A stretch of DNA of 38,104 nt from Chitinophagaceae bacterium (GCA_014379785.1 JACMLD010000299.1:1-38104); one strand, 5' to 3'; positions 8,469 through 17,832 are shown, numbered from the stretch's first letter. Program-made: numbers and translations. The notes: generated by a model from the letters alone, not told the origin.

Positions 8469-9719
8469 ATGCGAAATTGGAAAATCAAGGCCTCCCTTTT
8501 TCTCAATTATTTTGTTTTTGCTATTCTGTTAAACAGTGTCGGCACTGTTATTCTCCAGGTACAAAGTAATTATAATGTATCCCCTTCATCTGCCAGTGTG
8601 CTGGAAGCTTTCAAGGATCTTTCCATTGCTTTTGTTTCCTTTTTTGTCGCCACATTTCTCACCCGCATAGGCTACAAGCGTGCGATGCTGATTGCGCTTG
8701 CATTCGTAACAGTGGTTTGCTTATTAATGCCGGTCATTCCGGGCTTCGCCATGACAAAATTACTCTTTGCAGCCACCGGGGCGAGTTTTGCACTGATCAA
8801 AGTGTCTGTATTTGCCACCATTGGACTGGTAACGAATAACAAGAAAGACCATGCGAGCTTTATGAATTTCATAGAGTCTTTTTTTATGGTCGGTATTCTG
8901 AGCGGCAACCTGATATTCAGTGCATTTGTAGATGACAGCAATCCCTCCTCCACGTCCTGGTTAAAAGTTTATTACCTGCTTGCTGCCATCGCGGCGATTG
9001 CATTTGTATTACTCATGGCTGCGCCGCTTGACGAGTCTGCAGTAAAGGCCCCGGAAACAAAGTCTCCGGTGAAAGATTTTGTTGACATGATCGCACTTGC
9101 CATAAAACCTTTGGTACTTGTTTTTATCATCAGTGCTTTTCTCTATGTTTTTCTCGAGCAGAGCATTATGAGCTGGCTCCCCACATACAACAACCAGGTG
9201 CTGCATCTGCCGCGATCTCTGAGTATTGCGATGGCCAGTATACTCGCAGCAGCTACGGCGCTTGGCAGATTTTTCGCGGGTTTCGTGCTGCGAAGAGTGC
9301 ACTGGCTCTACGTTTTAATTGGCTGCCTCGTTTGTGCAGCGGCGTTGGTGTTGATCGCCATCCCGCTCGCGAAAACCGCTGATGCATCGCTGACCACAGG
9401 CTGGACAACCGCACCATTTGCTGCATTTATCTTTCCGCTGATCGGATTTTTTATCGCGCCGATTTACCCTTCCATCAACTCAGCCATTCTCAGCACTCTT
9501 CCTCCGCCGAAACACGGCCCGATGTCAGGACTCATCGTCATTTTTTCGGCACTCGGCGGCACAACGGGATCTATCATTACCGGTCACCTCTTCGAATCAT
9601 ATGGCGGAGAAAAGGCATTTTATTTTTCGCTTGTACCCATGACAATTTTACTTTTCGCACTCATTGCATTCAACCGTCTTCAGAAAAAACAAACTCAAAC
9701 CCTAAACACGGGTGGATAA
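8469..9719 (+). CDS. MFS transporter (probable sugar transporter, coupled to trehalase)
   Basis: 416 aa with about 12 predicted hydrophobic helices and a central loop. Its stop overlaps the trehalase start (TAATG at 9717-9721). Confidence 0.8.
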   Translation: MRNWKIKASLFLNYFVFAILLNSVGTVILQVQSNYNVSPSSASVLEAFKDLSIAFVSFFVATFLTRIGYKRAMLIALAFVTVVCLLMPVIPGFAMTKLLFAATGASFALIKVSVFATIGLVTNNKKDHASFMNFIESFFMVGILSGNLIFSAFVDDSNPSSTSWLKVYYLLAAIAAIAFVLLMAAPLDESAVKAPETKSPVKDFVDMIALAIKPLVLVFIISAFLYVFLEQSIMSWLPTYNNQVLHLPRSLSIAMASILAAATALGRFFAGFVLRRVHWLYVLIGCLVCAAALVLIAIPLAKTADASLTTGWTTAPFAAFIFPLIGFFIAPIYPSINSAILSTLPPPKHGPMSGLIVIFSALGGTTGSIITGHLFESYGGEKAFYFSLVPMTILLFALIAFNRLQKKQTQTLNTGG

Positions 9720-11179
9720 TGAAAAAAATTTCAGCGCAACTATTTGACGAGGCCGAACTGTTTTCGGCCGTGCAGATGAATCAGATTTTCGAAGACGGCA
9801 AGACCTTTCCGGACTGCGATTTGAAAACCGACCTTGCCACCATTGCGAAACTTTTTGAAAAAGAAAAAAATGAGCCGCGCTTCATTCTCAAGGACTTTGT
9901 GTCGAAACATTTCGTCAGCCCCACCGTCGAAACAACCGAATATCATTCTGATAGCTCCATGTCTGTCACAGATCATATAAATGGATTGTGGGAGAAGCTT
10001 ACAAAAACATCGGCAGGCACCGAGCCTTCTTTGATTCCTCTTCCCTACCCTTATGTGGTACCCGGAGGCAGGTTCCGGGAAGTGTACTATTGGGACAGCT
10101 ATTTTACGATGCTTGGATTGAAAGCATCTGGACGAATCGATCTGATCGAAAACATGGTCAGAAATTTTGCTTTTCTTTTGAATGAATATGGATTGATTCC
10201 AAACGCCAACCGCAGTTATTACATGACTCGGTCCCAGCCGCCATTTTTTGCGCTGATGGTGGAGTTGCTCGCCGGAATAAAGGGCGATGCCATTTTCAGT
10301 GAATACCTGCAACCACTACTCAATGAATACCGCTGGTGGATGGATGGAAGCCGTGCCGTCACCCTGGAAGATGGTTCAGTGCTCAACCGCTACTGGGATG
10401 ACAGCGATACACCCAGACCAGAGTCTTACAGGGAAGACGTGGAACTCGCCAAAACTTCCGGCCGGCCGGTGCAGGAAATGTACCGTCACCTGAGGGCTGG
10501 CGCAGAATCCGGATGGGACTTCAGTTCGCGTTGGTTTGAAGACGGGACAAGTTTTGAATCAATCGTCACTACAGACATCCTACCTGTTGATCTGAACTGC
10601 CTTTTATTGCATCTTGAAATGGCGATTGCAAAATCCTATGCTGTTGAACGAAATATTGAACAGTCGGCAACATTCTTTGCACATGCGGAAACCCGCAAAA
10701 ATGCAATAGACAGTTTTATGCTGAATGAATCAGAAGGGTTCTATTACGATTTCAATTTTCGGCTGCGAAAGCCATGTCGTCAGAAGACTCTGGCAGCTGC
10801 CTTTCCACTGTTTATCAATATTGCTAGTCCGGCTGCGGCGGCTGCGACAGCCGATATTCTCGGGGACAGCTTTCTTCAAAAAGGCGGATTGACAACCACG
10901 CTGGTGAGATCCGGACAGCAATGGGATGCCCCCAATGGTTGGGCACCATTACAATGGATTGCGTTCAGAGGATTGAAAAATTATGGACTCGCAACGCTTG
11001 CCGAGGAAATCCGCACACGTTGGATCTCTGCAAATGAGGCGGTATTTGAAGCCACAGGCAAGATGACTGAGAAATACAATGTGTTTGATAATTCAGCGGC
11101 GGGTGGCGGGGAATATGCCTTGCAGGACGGGTTCGGGTGGACAAACGGCGTATATCTTGCCATGAAAGAGGGGCAATAA
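9719..11179 (+). CDS. alpha,alpha-trehalase (GH37), cytoplasmic type (no signal peptide)
   Basis: Both GH37 signatures are present: PGGRFREVYYWDSYF and QWDAPNGWAPLQW. Confidence 0.92.
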   Translation: MKKISAQLFDEAELFSAVQMNQIFEDGKTFPDCDLKTDLATIAKLFEKEKNEPRFILKDFVSKHFVSPTVETTEYHSDSSMSVTDHINGLWEKLTKTSAGTEPSLIPLPYPYVVPGGRFREVYYWDSYFTMLGLKASGRIDLIENMVRNFAFLLNEYGLIPNANRSYYMTRSQPPFFALMVELLAGIKGDAIFSEYLQPLLNEYRWWMDGSRAVTLEDGSVLNRYWDDSDTPRPESYREDVELAKTSGRPVQEMYRHLRAGAESGWDFSSRWFEDGTSFESIVTTDILPVDLNCLLLHLEMAIAKSYAVERNIEQSATFFAHAETRKNAIDSFMLNESEGFYYDFNFRLRKPCRQKTLAAAFPLFINIASPAAAAATADILGDSFLQKGGLTTTLVRSGQQWDAPNGWAPLQWIAFRGLKNYGLATLAEEIRTRWISANEAVFEATGKMTEKYNVFDNSAAGGGEYALQDGFGWTNGVYLAMKEGQ

Positions 11180-11207
11180 AAAAGTCCCGCTGCAAAAGCA
11201 ACGGGAC
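11178..11207 (-). terminator. rho-independent terminator of groEL (hairpin plus T-tract on the minus strand)
   Basis: GTCCCGCTGC/GCAACGGGAC forms a 10-bp stem with 1 mismatch and an AAAA loop. On the minus strand it is followed by TTTTTTATT. It lies 20 nt after the groEL stop, and the T-tract overlaps the trehalase stop codon. Confidence 0.65.
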
Positions 11208-11226
11208 CGTATAAAAAATTGAGAGA

Positions 11227-12864
11227 TTAATATCCCATTCCGCCCATGTCAGGAGCTCCGCCGCCATGGCTGTGTGCTTCTTCTTTCTTAGGCTTGTCAG
11301 CAATGACACACTCTGTGGTCAGCAACATTCCTGCGATTGATGCAGCATTTTCCAATGCGATACGTGTAACCTTGGTTGGGTCGATAACACCTGCCTTGAA
11401 GAGGTTTTCGTAAACTTCGGTTCTTGCATTGAAACCGTAGTCACCTTTGCCTTCTTTCACTTTCTGAATGATGATAGAACCTTCCAGTCCGCAGTTTGCA
11501 ACGATCTGGCGAATTGGTTCTTCCAGTGCACGTTTTACAATGGCGATACCGGTTGTTTCGTCTTCATTGATGCCTTTCAGCTTGTCCAGCGCGTCTGTAG
11601 CACGGATATAAGCGATGCCACCGCCTGGTACGATACCTTCTTCAACTGCAGCACGTGTTGCATGAAGAGCGTCGTCCACACGATCTTTCTTCTCTTTCAT
11701 CTCAACTTCTGTTGCAGCACCTACATAAAGTACGGCTACACCACCAGCGAGTTTCGCAAGACGCTCCTGAAGTTTTTCTTTATCGTAGTCAGAGGTAGTA
11801 GACTCGATCTGAGCTTTGATTTGATTTACGCGGGAAACGATATCATCTTTCTTTCCTTTGCCGCCAACAACAGTTGTGTTGTCTTTGTCAATCGTTACTG
11901 AAGCAGCTGAACCCAGGTAGCTGAGGTCTGCATTCTCCAGTTTGTAACCCTGCTCTTCAGAGATAACGATACCCTTTGTAAGGATAGCGATGTCCTGAAG
12001 CATTTCTTTTCTGCGGTCGCCAAAGCCCGGAGCCTTTACAGCTGCAACTTTGATGGTACCACGAAGTTTATTTACAACGAGTGTTGCAAGTGCTTCGCCT
12101 TCGAGATCTTCTGCGATGATCAGGAGCGGACGTCCACCCTGTGCAACTTTCTCAAGAATGTGAAGGATATCTTTCATTGCAGAAATTTTCTTATCGTAGA
12201 TAAGAATGTATGGGTTCTGCAGTTCAGCTTCCATTTTTTCGCTGTTTGTAACGAAATATGGAGAGATATAACCGCGATCAAACTGCATACCTTCTACAAC
12301 ATCAACTGTTGTGTCGGTGCCTTTTGCTTCTTCAACAGTGATAACGCCTTCTTTACCAACTTTACCGAATGCTTCTGCAATCAGTTTACCGATTGTTTCA
12401 TCGTTGTTGGCAGAGATAGATGCAACCTGCTGGATTTTTTTGCTTTCGTTGCCTACAGCCTGTGATTGAGCTTTCAGGTTTTCAACGATTTTCGCAACTG
12501 CCTTGTCAATGCCACGTTTCAAATCCATTGGATTTGCACCGGCAGCAACGTTTTTCAGGCCTTCGCTGATGATTGATTGTGCGAGCACAGTAGCTGTGGT
12601 TGTACCGTCACCTGCAATGTCAGCAGTTTTTGACGCTACTTCCTTCACCATCTGAGCACCCATATTCTCGATAGGGTCTTCCAGTTCGATTTCTTTGGCA
12701 ACGGTAACACCGTCTTTGGTAACTGAAGGTGCACCAAATTTTTTCTCGATAACCACATTACGGCCTTTTGGCCCCAGGGTCACCTTTACCGCGTTTGACA
12801 AAATGTCAACGCCCTTCTTCATCTTATTTCTTGCTTCAATGTCAAAGAATAATTGCTTTGCCAT
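11227..12864 (-). CDS. groL: chaperonin GroEL
   Basis: 545 aa. [20 protein letters not shown]...[12 protein letters not shown]...; C-terminal tail ends GGMGY. Confidence 0.97.
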   Translation of the reverse strand: MAKQLFFDIEARNKMKKGVDILSNAVKVTLGPKGRNVVIEKKFGAPSVTKDGVTVAKEIELEDPIENMGAQMVKEVASKTADIAGDGTTTATVLAQSIISEGLKNVAAGANPMDLKRGIDKAVAKIVENLKAQSQAVGNESKKIQQVASISANNDETIGKLIAEAFGKVGKEGVITVEEAKGTDTTVDVVEGMQFDRGYISPYFVTNSEKMEAELQNPYILIYDKKISAMKDILHILEKVAQGGRPLLIIAEDLEGEALATLVVNKLRGTIKVAAVKAPGFGDRRKEMLQDIAILTKGIVISEEQGYKLENADLSYLGSAASVTIDKDNTTVVGGKGKKDDIVSRVNQIKAQIESTTSDYDKEKLQERLAKLAGGVAVLYVGAATEVEMKEKKDRVDDALHATRAAVEEGIVPGGGIAYIRATDALDKLKGINEDETTGIAIVKRALEEPIRQIVANCGLEGSIIIQKVKEGKGDYGFNARTEVYENLFKAGVIDPTKVTRIALENAASIAGMLLTTECVIADKPKKEEAHSHGGGAPDMGGMGY

Positions 12865-12897
12865 ACTCTATAATTTGATAATGTTTAATGGAATGAA

Positions 12898-13179
12898 TTA
12901 CACAATTGCCAGGATGTCGCTTTCCCGCATGATGAGAAGGTCTTCGCCTTCCACACTCAGTTCAGTGCCTGCATATTTACCGTAAAGGACAGTATCGCCG
13001 ATTTTCACAGTTACCGGCTCGTCTTTCTTGCCTGGTCCGGCAGCTACTACCGTTCCACGCTGAGGTTTTTCTTTTGCTGTGTCAGGGATAATGATACCAC
13101 CTGCAGTTTTTTCTTCAGCAGCGGCGGGTCTTACTACCACCCTGTCGTGCAAAGGAGTGATGCTTAACTTCTTGGCCAT
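12898..13179 (-). CDS. groES: co-chaperonin GroES
   Basis: [42 protein letters not shown]... I chose the ATG at 13179; the tracked ORF start at 13221 adds 14 atypical residues. Confidence 0.95.
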   Translation of the reverse strand: MAKKLSITPLHDRVVVRPAAAEEKTAGGIIIPDTAKEKPQRGTVVAAGPGKKDEPVTVKIGDTVLYGKYAGTELSVEGEDLLIMRESDILAIV

Positions 13180-13246
13180 AATGTTATGGTTTTTTGATTT
13201 ATTGAAATGAATGCCCGGCAAGAGAGTGTCCCTTATCCGGGGCGGG

Positions 13247-13254
13247 CAAAGCTA
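13247..13254 (-). promoter_or_regulatory. candidate -7 box TAGCTTTG for groES-groEL
   Basis: Perfect TAnnTTTG on the minus strand, 67 nt upstream of the groES ATG. No convincing -33 TTTG was seen. Confidence 0.3.
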
Positions 13255-13379
13255 ATCGAATTTTATACCAATTGTTCCAATAAGGCTAAAAATTGAAATG
13301 ATGGCAGAATCTAGCGGCTTCTTGGCAGTCGCCGGGTGCGGTTTGACAGTTTTGCAGGCAGGAATTGATAATTATTAAG

Positions 13380-13387
13380 TACTTTTG
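13380..13387 (+). promoter_or_regulatory. candidate -7 box TACTTTTG for the nusB operon
   Basis: Perfect TAnnTTTG, 24 nt upstream of the nusB ATG at 13412. A TTTG at 13351-13354 is about 25 nt upstream, which is long spacing. Confidence 0.3.
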
Positions 13388-13411
13388 GCCGCTCAAATAA
13401 GTTCTTAACAG

Positions 13412-14344
13412 ATGATCAGCAGACGAAATATCCGTGTGAAAGTGATGCAAACGCTTTATGCCGTGGAGACCATGGATAGCGAGGTGAAACCTGACGAACC
13501 TCTCAGGATTTTACAGAAGCATTTTGACCAGTCGAGGGGCCTTCTTGTTTATCTTGTACATGTGCTGACAGAAGTAGCCAGGTATGCGGAGACCGATTCG
13601 CGTAAAAGAGCCGGGAAACACCTTCCGACCGAAGCCGATCTGAACGTAAATACAAAACTTGCCGGCAACGAACTCCTCTGGAAGATCATGGAGGACAGCT
13701 CCTATAAGGAAGCGGTAAGAATCGACAAGCCATCTCTCCTCGCCGATAAGGACCAGATCAAAAGATTGTACCTGGGCCTGAAAGACAGCGAAGAATACAA
13801 AGTCTATATCGCTGAACAGGGCAGGAACCCAAGGGCAGAGAAACAGATGCTGGAGTATATTTTCAGCACCCTGATGCTGCCCGACGAAAACTTCACCGAT
13901 CATGTGGAAGAACTCTATACAAACTGGGATGATGACTGCGATATGGTGAATCAGCTGGTGCTCGGATTTCTTCAGAAGCCCGGTGCGGTAGATTTTATGG
14001 AGCTGGTGAGCAAAGACAAACTGCTTTTTGCAAAAGATTTGCTGAATGCGGTGATTACAAAGAAGGAGCTCACCATGGACATGATTAAGCCAAAGCTGAA
14101 AAACTGGGATCCCGAGCGAATTGCCCTGCTGGATATGATTCTGATGAAGATGGGGGTTTGCGAATTTCTTTACTTCGAAACCATTCCGCCAAAAGTCACC
14201 ATTAACGAATACATAGACCTGGCAAAGGATTACAGCACCCAGCAAAGCGGTCAGTTCGTCAACGGCATTCTCGACAATATTCATAAGGACCTTTTAACTG
14301 ATGAAAGGATGCACAAAGTGGCATTCAAAAAAAACAACTCATGA
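13412..14344 (+). CDS. nusB: transcription antitermination factor NusB (long Bacteroidota form)
   Basis: RRNIRVKVMQTLYAVE at the N-terminus. C-terminal NusB core ERIALLDMILMKMGVCEFLYFETIPPKVTINEYIDLAKDYSTQQSGQFVNGILDNI. Confidence 0.8.
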   Translation: MISRRNIRVKVMQTLYAVETMDSEVKPDEPLRILQKHFDQSRGLLVYLVHVLTEVARYAETDSRKRAGKHLPTEADLNVNTKLAGNELLWKIMEDSSYKEAVRIDKPSLLADKDQIKRLYLGLKDSEEYKVYIAEQGRNPRAEKQMLEYIFSTLMLPDENFTDHVEELYTNWDDDCDMVNQLVLGFLQKPGAVDFMELVSKDKLLFAKDLLNAVITKKELTMDMIKPKLKNWDPERIALLDMILMKMGVCEFLYFETIPPKVTINEYIDLAKDYSTQQSGQFVNGILDNIHKDLLTDERMHKVAFKKNNS

Positions 14345-14793
14345 GACTTGTATTATTCCTGGCAGTCGCGATTTCTGCTGCTGCCTGCAACAACCAGGCT
14401 GATGCAAATGCCAATGTGAAAACGGCGCCTACACAGACAGGCCTGGTAAACAGCTCCCCGGACAGCGCCAACTTCACCTCTATCCAATGGATTGAGCAAA
14501 CCAGGGACTATGGCAAAATGAATGAGGGCCAGAAACTCGAGGTAAAATTCCGTTTCAAAAATACCGGCAATAAGCCGCTCGTGATCGAAAGCGTGCGCGC
14601 CAGTTGTGGTTGCACAGCCGCCGAACCGCCAAAAGAACCGATCGCTCCGGGTGGAGAAGGGGAAATTGTGGGTTCGTTCGACAGCAACGGAAAAACGGGT
14701 TTGCAGCACAAAAGCATCTATGTGTTAACCAATACGAAAGGCGTGCAGAATCATGAACTTGTTTTCAATGTAGATGTTATCAAAAAGCAATAG
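14341..14793 (+). CDS. DUF1573 domain lipoprotein
   Basis: Lipobox ISAAAC. FRFKNTGNKPLVIESVRASCGCTAAEPPKEPIAPGGEGEI is the DUF1573 hallmark. The start overlaps the nusB stop (ATGA). Confidence 0.8.
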   Translation: MRLVLFLAVAISAAACNNQADANANVKTAPTQTGLVNSSPDSANFTSIQWIEQTRDYGKMNEGQKLEVKFRFKNTGNKPLVIESVRASCGCTAAEPPKEPIAPGGEGEIVGSFDSNGKTGLQHKSIYVLTNTKGVQNHELVFNVDVIKKQ

Positions 14794-14847
14794 TGGGGTC
14801 AATGCCTTACTTTCGCGTCAATTATTAAAATAGAAATTACGTTTATC

Positions 14848-15186
14848 ATGACACAAACTTTGATTTTTTTACAGGCAGCAGGCGGACAAAGCAGCTGGTT
14901 TTCGATGGTATTACTGGGCGGTATGATCCTTGTCTTCTGGCTGTTCATGATTCGTCCCCAGGCAAAAAAAGCAAAAATGGCGAAGGAATTTCAAACCAAT
15001 CTCCAGAAGGGCGATAAGGTTGTAACCATCGCGGGTATACACGGTACTGTTAACAAGGTGGAAGACACGACTATCAATCTCGAAACAAGTCCGGGTAGCT
15101 ATATGAAAATTGAAAAAAGCGCTATCAGCATCGAATGGAGCCAGCAGATCAACAAGCCTGCAGGCGTAGTAGTTGAGAAAAAGTAA
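14848..15186 (+). CDS. yajC: preprotein translocase subunit YajC
   Basis: 112 aa with one TM helix followed by FWLFMIRPQAKKAKMAKEFQTNLQKGDKVVTIAGIHGTV, the YajC core. Confidence 0.85.
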   Translation: MTQTLIFLQAAGGQSSWFSMVLLGGMILVFWLFMIRPQAKKAKMAKEFQTNLQKGDKVVTIAGIHGTVNKVEDTTINLETSPGSYMKIEKSAISIEWSQQINKPAGVVVEKK

Positions 15187-15213
15187 GCGAATAGAATTGA
15201 AATAATATCTTTG

Positions 15214-15246
15214 AACCGGGTGCATACGCGCCCGGTTTTTATTTTT
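15214..15246 (+). terminator. rho-independent terminator after yajC
   Basis: AACCGGGTGC/GCGCCCGGTT forms a 10-bp stem (one G-U pair) with loop ATAC, followed by TTTTTATTTTT. Confidence 0.6.
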
Positions 15247-15256
15247 AAAACCCCAT

Positions 15257-15838
15257 ATGGTCCGAGTAGGTCTGACAGGTGGAATTGGCAGTGGGAAATC
15301 TACTGTGGCAAAGGTGTTCGAAACCCTTGGCATACCTGTCTATTATGCCGATGACGCTGCTAAAAGGCTGATGAATGAGGATCTCACGCTCCGGACAGCC
15401 ATCATGGACGCTTTCGGTGAAGCATCCTACACAGAAGGAAAACTCAACCGCAAGTGGATGGCGGAGCAGGTTTTTGGCAATGCCGAAAAATTAAAATCGC
15501 TGAACAGGGTGGTGCATCCTGCCACTATCCGCGACGCCGAAGAATGGCTGGAAAAGCAGGATTCTCCCTATGCAATAAAAGAAGCGGCCCTGATTTTTGA
15601 AAGCGGCGCCGGATATCTGGACTTCATCATTGGCGTGTCTGCCCCGCTTTCCCTGCGCATACAGCGTACCATGAACCGTGACGGAATCACCAGGGAAGAT
15701 GTATTGGCAAGAATGACTAAACAACTGGATGAAAATATCAAAATGCGTTTATGCGACGCCGTTATAGTCAACGATGGTCAGCGAAGTATCATTGAGCAGG
15801 TGGTGGAATTAGATAGAGAGTTAAGAGTTAAAAGTTGA
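15257..15838 (+). CDS. coaE: dephospho-CoA kinase
   Basis: VGLTGGIGSGKSTVAKVFE P-loop at the N-terminus; 193 aa, typical CoaE length. Confidence 0.9.
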   Translation: MVRVGLTGGIGSGKSTVAKVFETLGIPVYYADDAAKRLMNEDLTLRTAIMDAFGEASYTEGKLNRKWMAEQVFGNAEKLKSLNRVVHPATIRDAEEWLEKQDSPYAIKEAALIFESGAGYLDFIIGVSAPLSLRIQRTMNRDGITREDVLARMTKQLDENIKMRLCDAVIVNDGQRSIIEQVVELDRELRVKS

Positions 15839-15891
15839 AAGTTTAAAGGGGGAAGAAGAAAGCTGGTAGTTGATGGTTGATAGCTTGTAGT

Positions 15892-15990
15892 GGCACTCTG
15901 CGGAGTGCTGTCATGCCGAGCGAAGTCGAGGCATCCCCAGCCGGTACTCGGAGTAATAGCAGGGGATGTCTCGGCTGCGCTCGACATGAC
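15892..15990. repeat. GC-rich nested-palindrome intergenic repeat, copy A
   Basis: Small hairpin GCACTC-TGCG-GAGTGC (15893-15908). Arm GTCATGCCGAGCGAAGTCGAGGCATCCCC (15910-15938) pairs with 15962-15990 (GGGGATGTCTCGGCTGCGCTCGACATGAC) at 25/29 positions. Core is AGCCGGTACTCGGAGTAATAGCA. It shares arms and core words with the copies at 27136, 28862 and 28969. Confidence 0.75.
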
Positions 15991-16008
15991 GGACCACTGA
16001 TCATCTAA

Positions 16009-16965
16009 TCAACTATTCTTACTAATCCTATAACAATACCTCAACAACTTACCTTCAAAATCAAAAGGCGTGGTTTGTTTCGTAATATCTTTTATGACAG
16101 AAGCGTTTATAAGTTCAGTTTCCAGGTGAAACTTGCGGTAATTGGTACTGAAATACAATACCCCTCCCGGTTTCAGAATCTGCATACACTTATTGATCAT
16201 ATCAACGTGGTCGCGCTGCACATCCAGAAAATCAATCATTTTTTTGCTGTTGCTGAATGTAGGCGGGTCAAGCACAATGATATCATAGCTGCTGATCTTC
16301 AGCTCATCCAGATACTGCAGCACATCGGCCGGCACAAATTCATATCTCGTTGGATCGTTAAATCCATTGAGCAAAAAATTTTCTCTCGACCAGTTCAGAT
16401 AAGTATTGCTTAAATCTACCGATGTAACCTTCGAAGCGCCGCCGGCAGCAGCATAGACAGAAAATGATGCCGTATAGCAAAAAAGATTCAGGACATTCTT
16501 GTCAGCAGATTCCTTTCTAACCATCTCCCGGGTAACCCGGTGATCAAGAAATAAACCGGTATCGAGATAGTCAGTGAGGTTTACACGAAATTTCAACCCT
16601 CCTTCCATCACATCAAAAAACGTTTTCACATCGCCGGTCTTCTGATACTGTCCGAGTCGGCCTGCTTTTCGCTGACGCTGCTTTACAAATATCTTTTCCT
16701 GCTCCACACCAGTTACAGTGCCCGCAATCAGCAGACTCTGCTCCAGCCATTCCTCATACTCTTCTTCAGAAAGGCTGTGGTGCGCGCGGTACTCAGCTAC
16801 ATAAAGCTTATCCTCATACACATCTATTATCAATGGGAACTCCGGCAGGTCGCGATCATACAGCCTGTAGCAGGATATCTGCTGGCGTCTTGCAAGTTTC
16901 GACAAATGCCTCAGCTGTTTGGTCAGCCGGTTCCGAAACATTTCTAATTTTTCAGCAGGAGTCAT
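16009..16965 (-). CDS. class I SAM-dependent (rRNA) methyltransferase, RlmI/RlmK-like
   Basis: VLNLFCYTASFSVYAAAGGASKVTSVDLSNTYLNWSRENFLLNG and IIVLDPPTFS are SAM-binding and catalytic motifs of the PF10672-type methyltransferases. Confidence 0.8.
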   Translation of the reverse strand: MTPAEKLEMFRNRLTKQLRHLSKLARRQQISCYRLYDRDLPEFPLIIDVYEDKLYVAEYRAHHSLSEEEYEEWLEQSLLIAGTVTGVEQEKIFVKQRQRKAGRLGQYQKTGDVKTFFDVMEGGLKFRVNLTDYLDTGLFLDHRVTREMVRKESADKNVLNLFCYTASFSVYAAAGGASKVTSVDLSNTYLNWSRENFLLNGFNDPTRYEFVPADVLQYLDELKISSYDIIVLDPPTFSNSKKMIDFLDVQRDHVDMINKCMQILKPGGVLYFSTNYRKFHLETELINASVIKDITKQTTPFDFEGKLLRYCYRISKNS

Positions 16966-16990
16966 GGCGATAAAAATACAACAGATGATT

Positions 16991-16998
16991 TAGTTTTG
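16991..16998 (+). promoter_or_regulatory. candidate -7 box TAGTTTTG for the DinB-like gene
   Basis: Perfect TAnnTTTG, with only 5 nt between the box and the ATG at 17004. Confidence 0.35.
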
Positions 16999-17003
16999 CG
17001 GAT

Positions 17004-17831
17004 ATGCGTGTGACAGAAATAAAAACCCTTCATTTATTTGCACCGCTCGACAATAACCTGGTTGAGCTGCTAACCTCCCTTCGACCGGATGAATGGGACC
17101 TGCCTACAGTTGCGAAAAAATGGAAAGTCCGCGACATTGCCGCCCACCTCCTCGATGGAAACATCAGATTGATCTCTATGATGCGTGACGGATATCAACC
17201 TCCAATCGACACTCCAATCAGCAGCCACCAGGACATCGTAGAATATCTCAACAGGATAAATGCAGAATGGGTGAATGCAATGCGAAGAGTCAGCCCGGAA
17301 TTGTTAACCGATCTTTTGCGGCAAACCGGACCAGAATATACCAGGCTAATTGCTGAACTTGATCCTCAGGAAACAGCCATCTTTCCAGTGTCATGGGCAG
17401 GTGAGCACAAATCAAAAAACTGGTTTCATATTGCCAGGGAGTATACCGAAAAATGGCATCATCAGCAACAAATCAGGGATGCCACAGGCAAAGAAAGCAT
17501 CATGACAAAGGAATTTTATTATCCTTTTCTGGATACCTGTATGCGCGCCCTCCCGCACACCTATCGCGATGTAAAATTTCCTGAGGGCGTGGGGTTGAAA
17601 TTCACCATCACCGGAGAGGGCGGCGGAGATTGGTTTTTAAAACAAGAAGACAATTGGATTCTCGTGGATGAATTAGACTGTCCCGAGGCCGAATTAATTC
17701 TTGACGGCGAGATAGCCTGGAAGCTATTCACAAAAAGCTGGAGAAAAAAAGATGTCCTGCCATTTATGAAAATAACAGGACTTCCGCAACTGGCTGAACC
17801 AGCACTTGGAATGATATCAGTTATGGCTTGA
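17004..17831 (+). CDS. DinB-superfamily / maleylpyruvate isomerase N-terminal domain protein
   Basis: WKVRDIAAHLLDGNIRLISM and EKWHHQQQIRD look like the DinB-type His-containing four-helix bundle. The C-terminal part is SCP2-like. Function unknown. Confidence 0.6.
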   Translation: MRVTEIKTLHLFAPLDNNLVELLTSLRPDEWDLPTVAKKWKVRDIAAHLLDGNIRLISMMRDGYQPPIDTPISSHQDIVEYLNRINAEWVNAMRRVSPELLTDLLRQTGPEYTRLIAELDPQETAIFPVSWAGEHKSKNWFHIAREYTEKWHHQQQIRDATGKESIMTKEFYYPFLDTCMRALPHTYRDVKFPEGVGLKFTITGEGGGDWFLKQEDNWILVDELDCPEAELILDGEIAWKLFTKSWRKKDVLPFMKITGLPQLAEPALGMISVMA

Positions 17832-17832
17832 T

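Noticed and set aside
13300-13340. Sigma-54-like TGGCA motifs (ATGGCAGAATCTAGCGG and TTGGCAGTCGCCGGGTGC) upstream of nusB.
   Set aside because: Neither has a TTGC/TGC -12 element at the required 4-5-nt spacing. A housekeeping -7 box lies closer to the gene.
13511-14284. Long antisense ORFs inside well-supported genes: 257 aa opposite nusB, 190 aa opposite trehalase (9740-10312), 168 aa opposite panB (1508-2014), 133 aa at 1031-1432, and 140 aa at 14911-15333.
   Set aside because: They have no recognisable motifs and low-complexity or odd composition. Each lies fully inside a gene with strong family signatures on the other strand. They are typical shadow ORFs.
15824-15843. An 18/19-nt match, AGTTAAAAGTTG(A/G)AAGTT, between the coaE 3' end (about 15824) and the small-ORF 3' end (about 34656). 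Both sites lie next to palindromic elements.
   Set aside because: This is an AT-rich, low-complexity word. A rough estimate gives an expectation of a few tenths of a chance match of this quality within the window. It is not compelling without genome-wide counts.
15778-15987. Three minus-strand ORFs (15778-15987, 28715-28918 and 28813-29043) share a peptide motif, P(T/A)GWG(C/S)L(D/G)(F/C)ARHD. They could be read as a small conserved protein family.
   Set aside because: The similarity is at the DNA level, within the palindromic repeat arms, and is equally present on the other strand. The ORFs overlap the 3' ends of convergent genes and have no credible start context. They are translations of the repeat.
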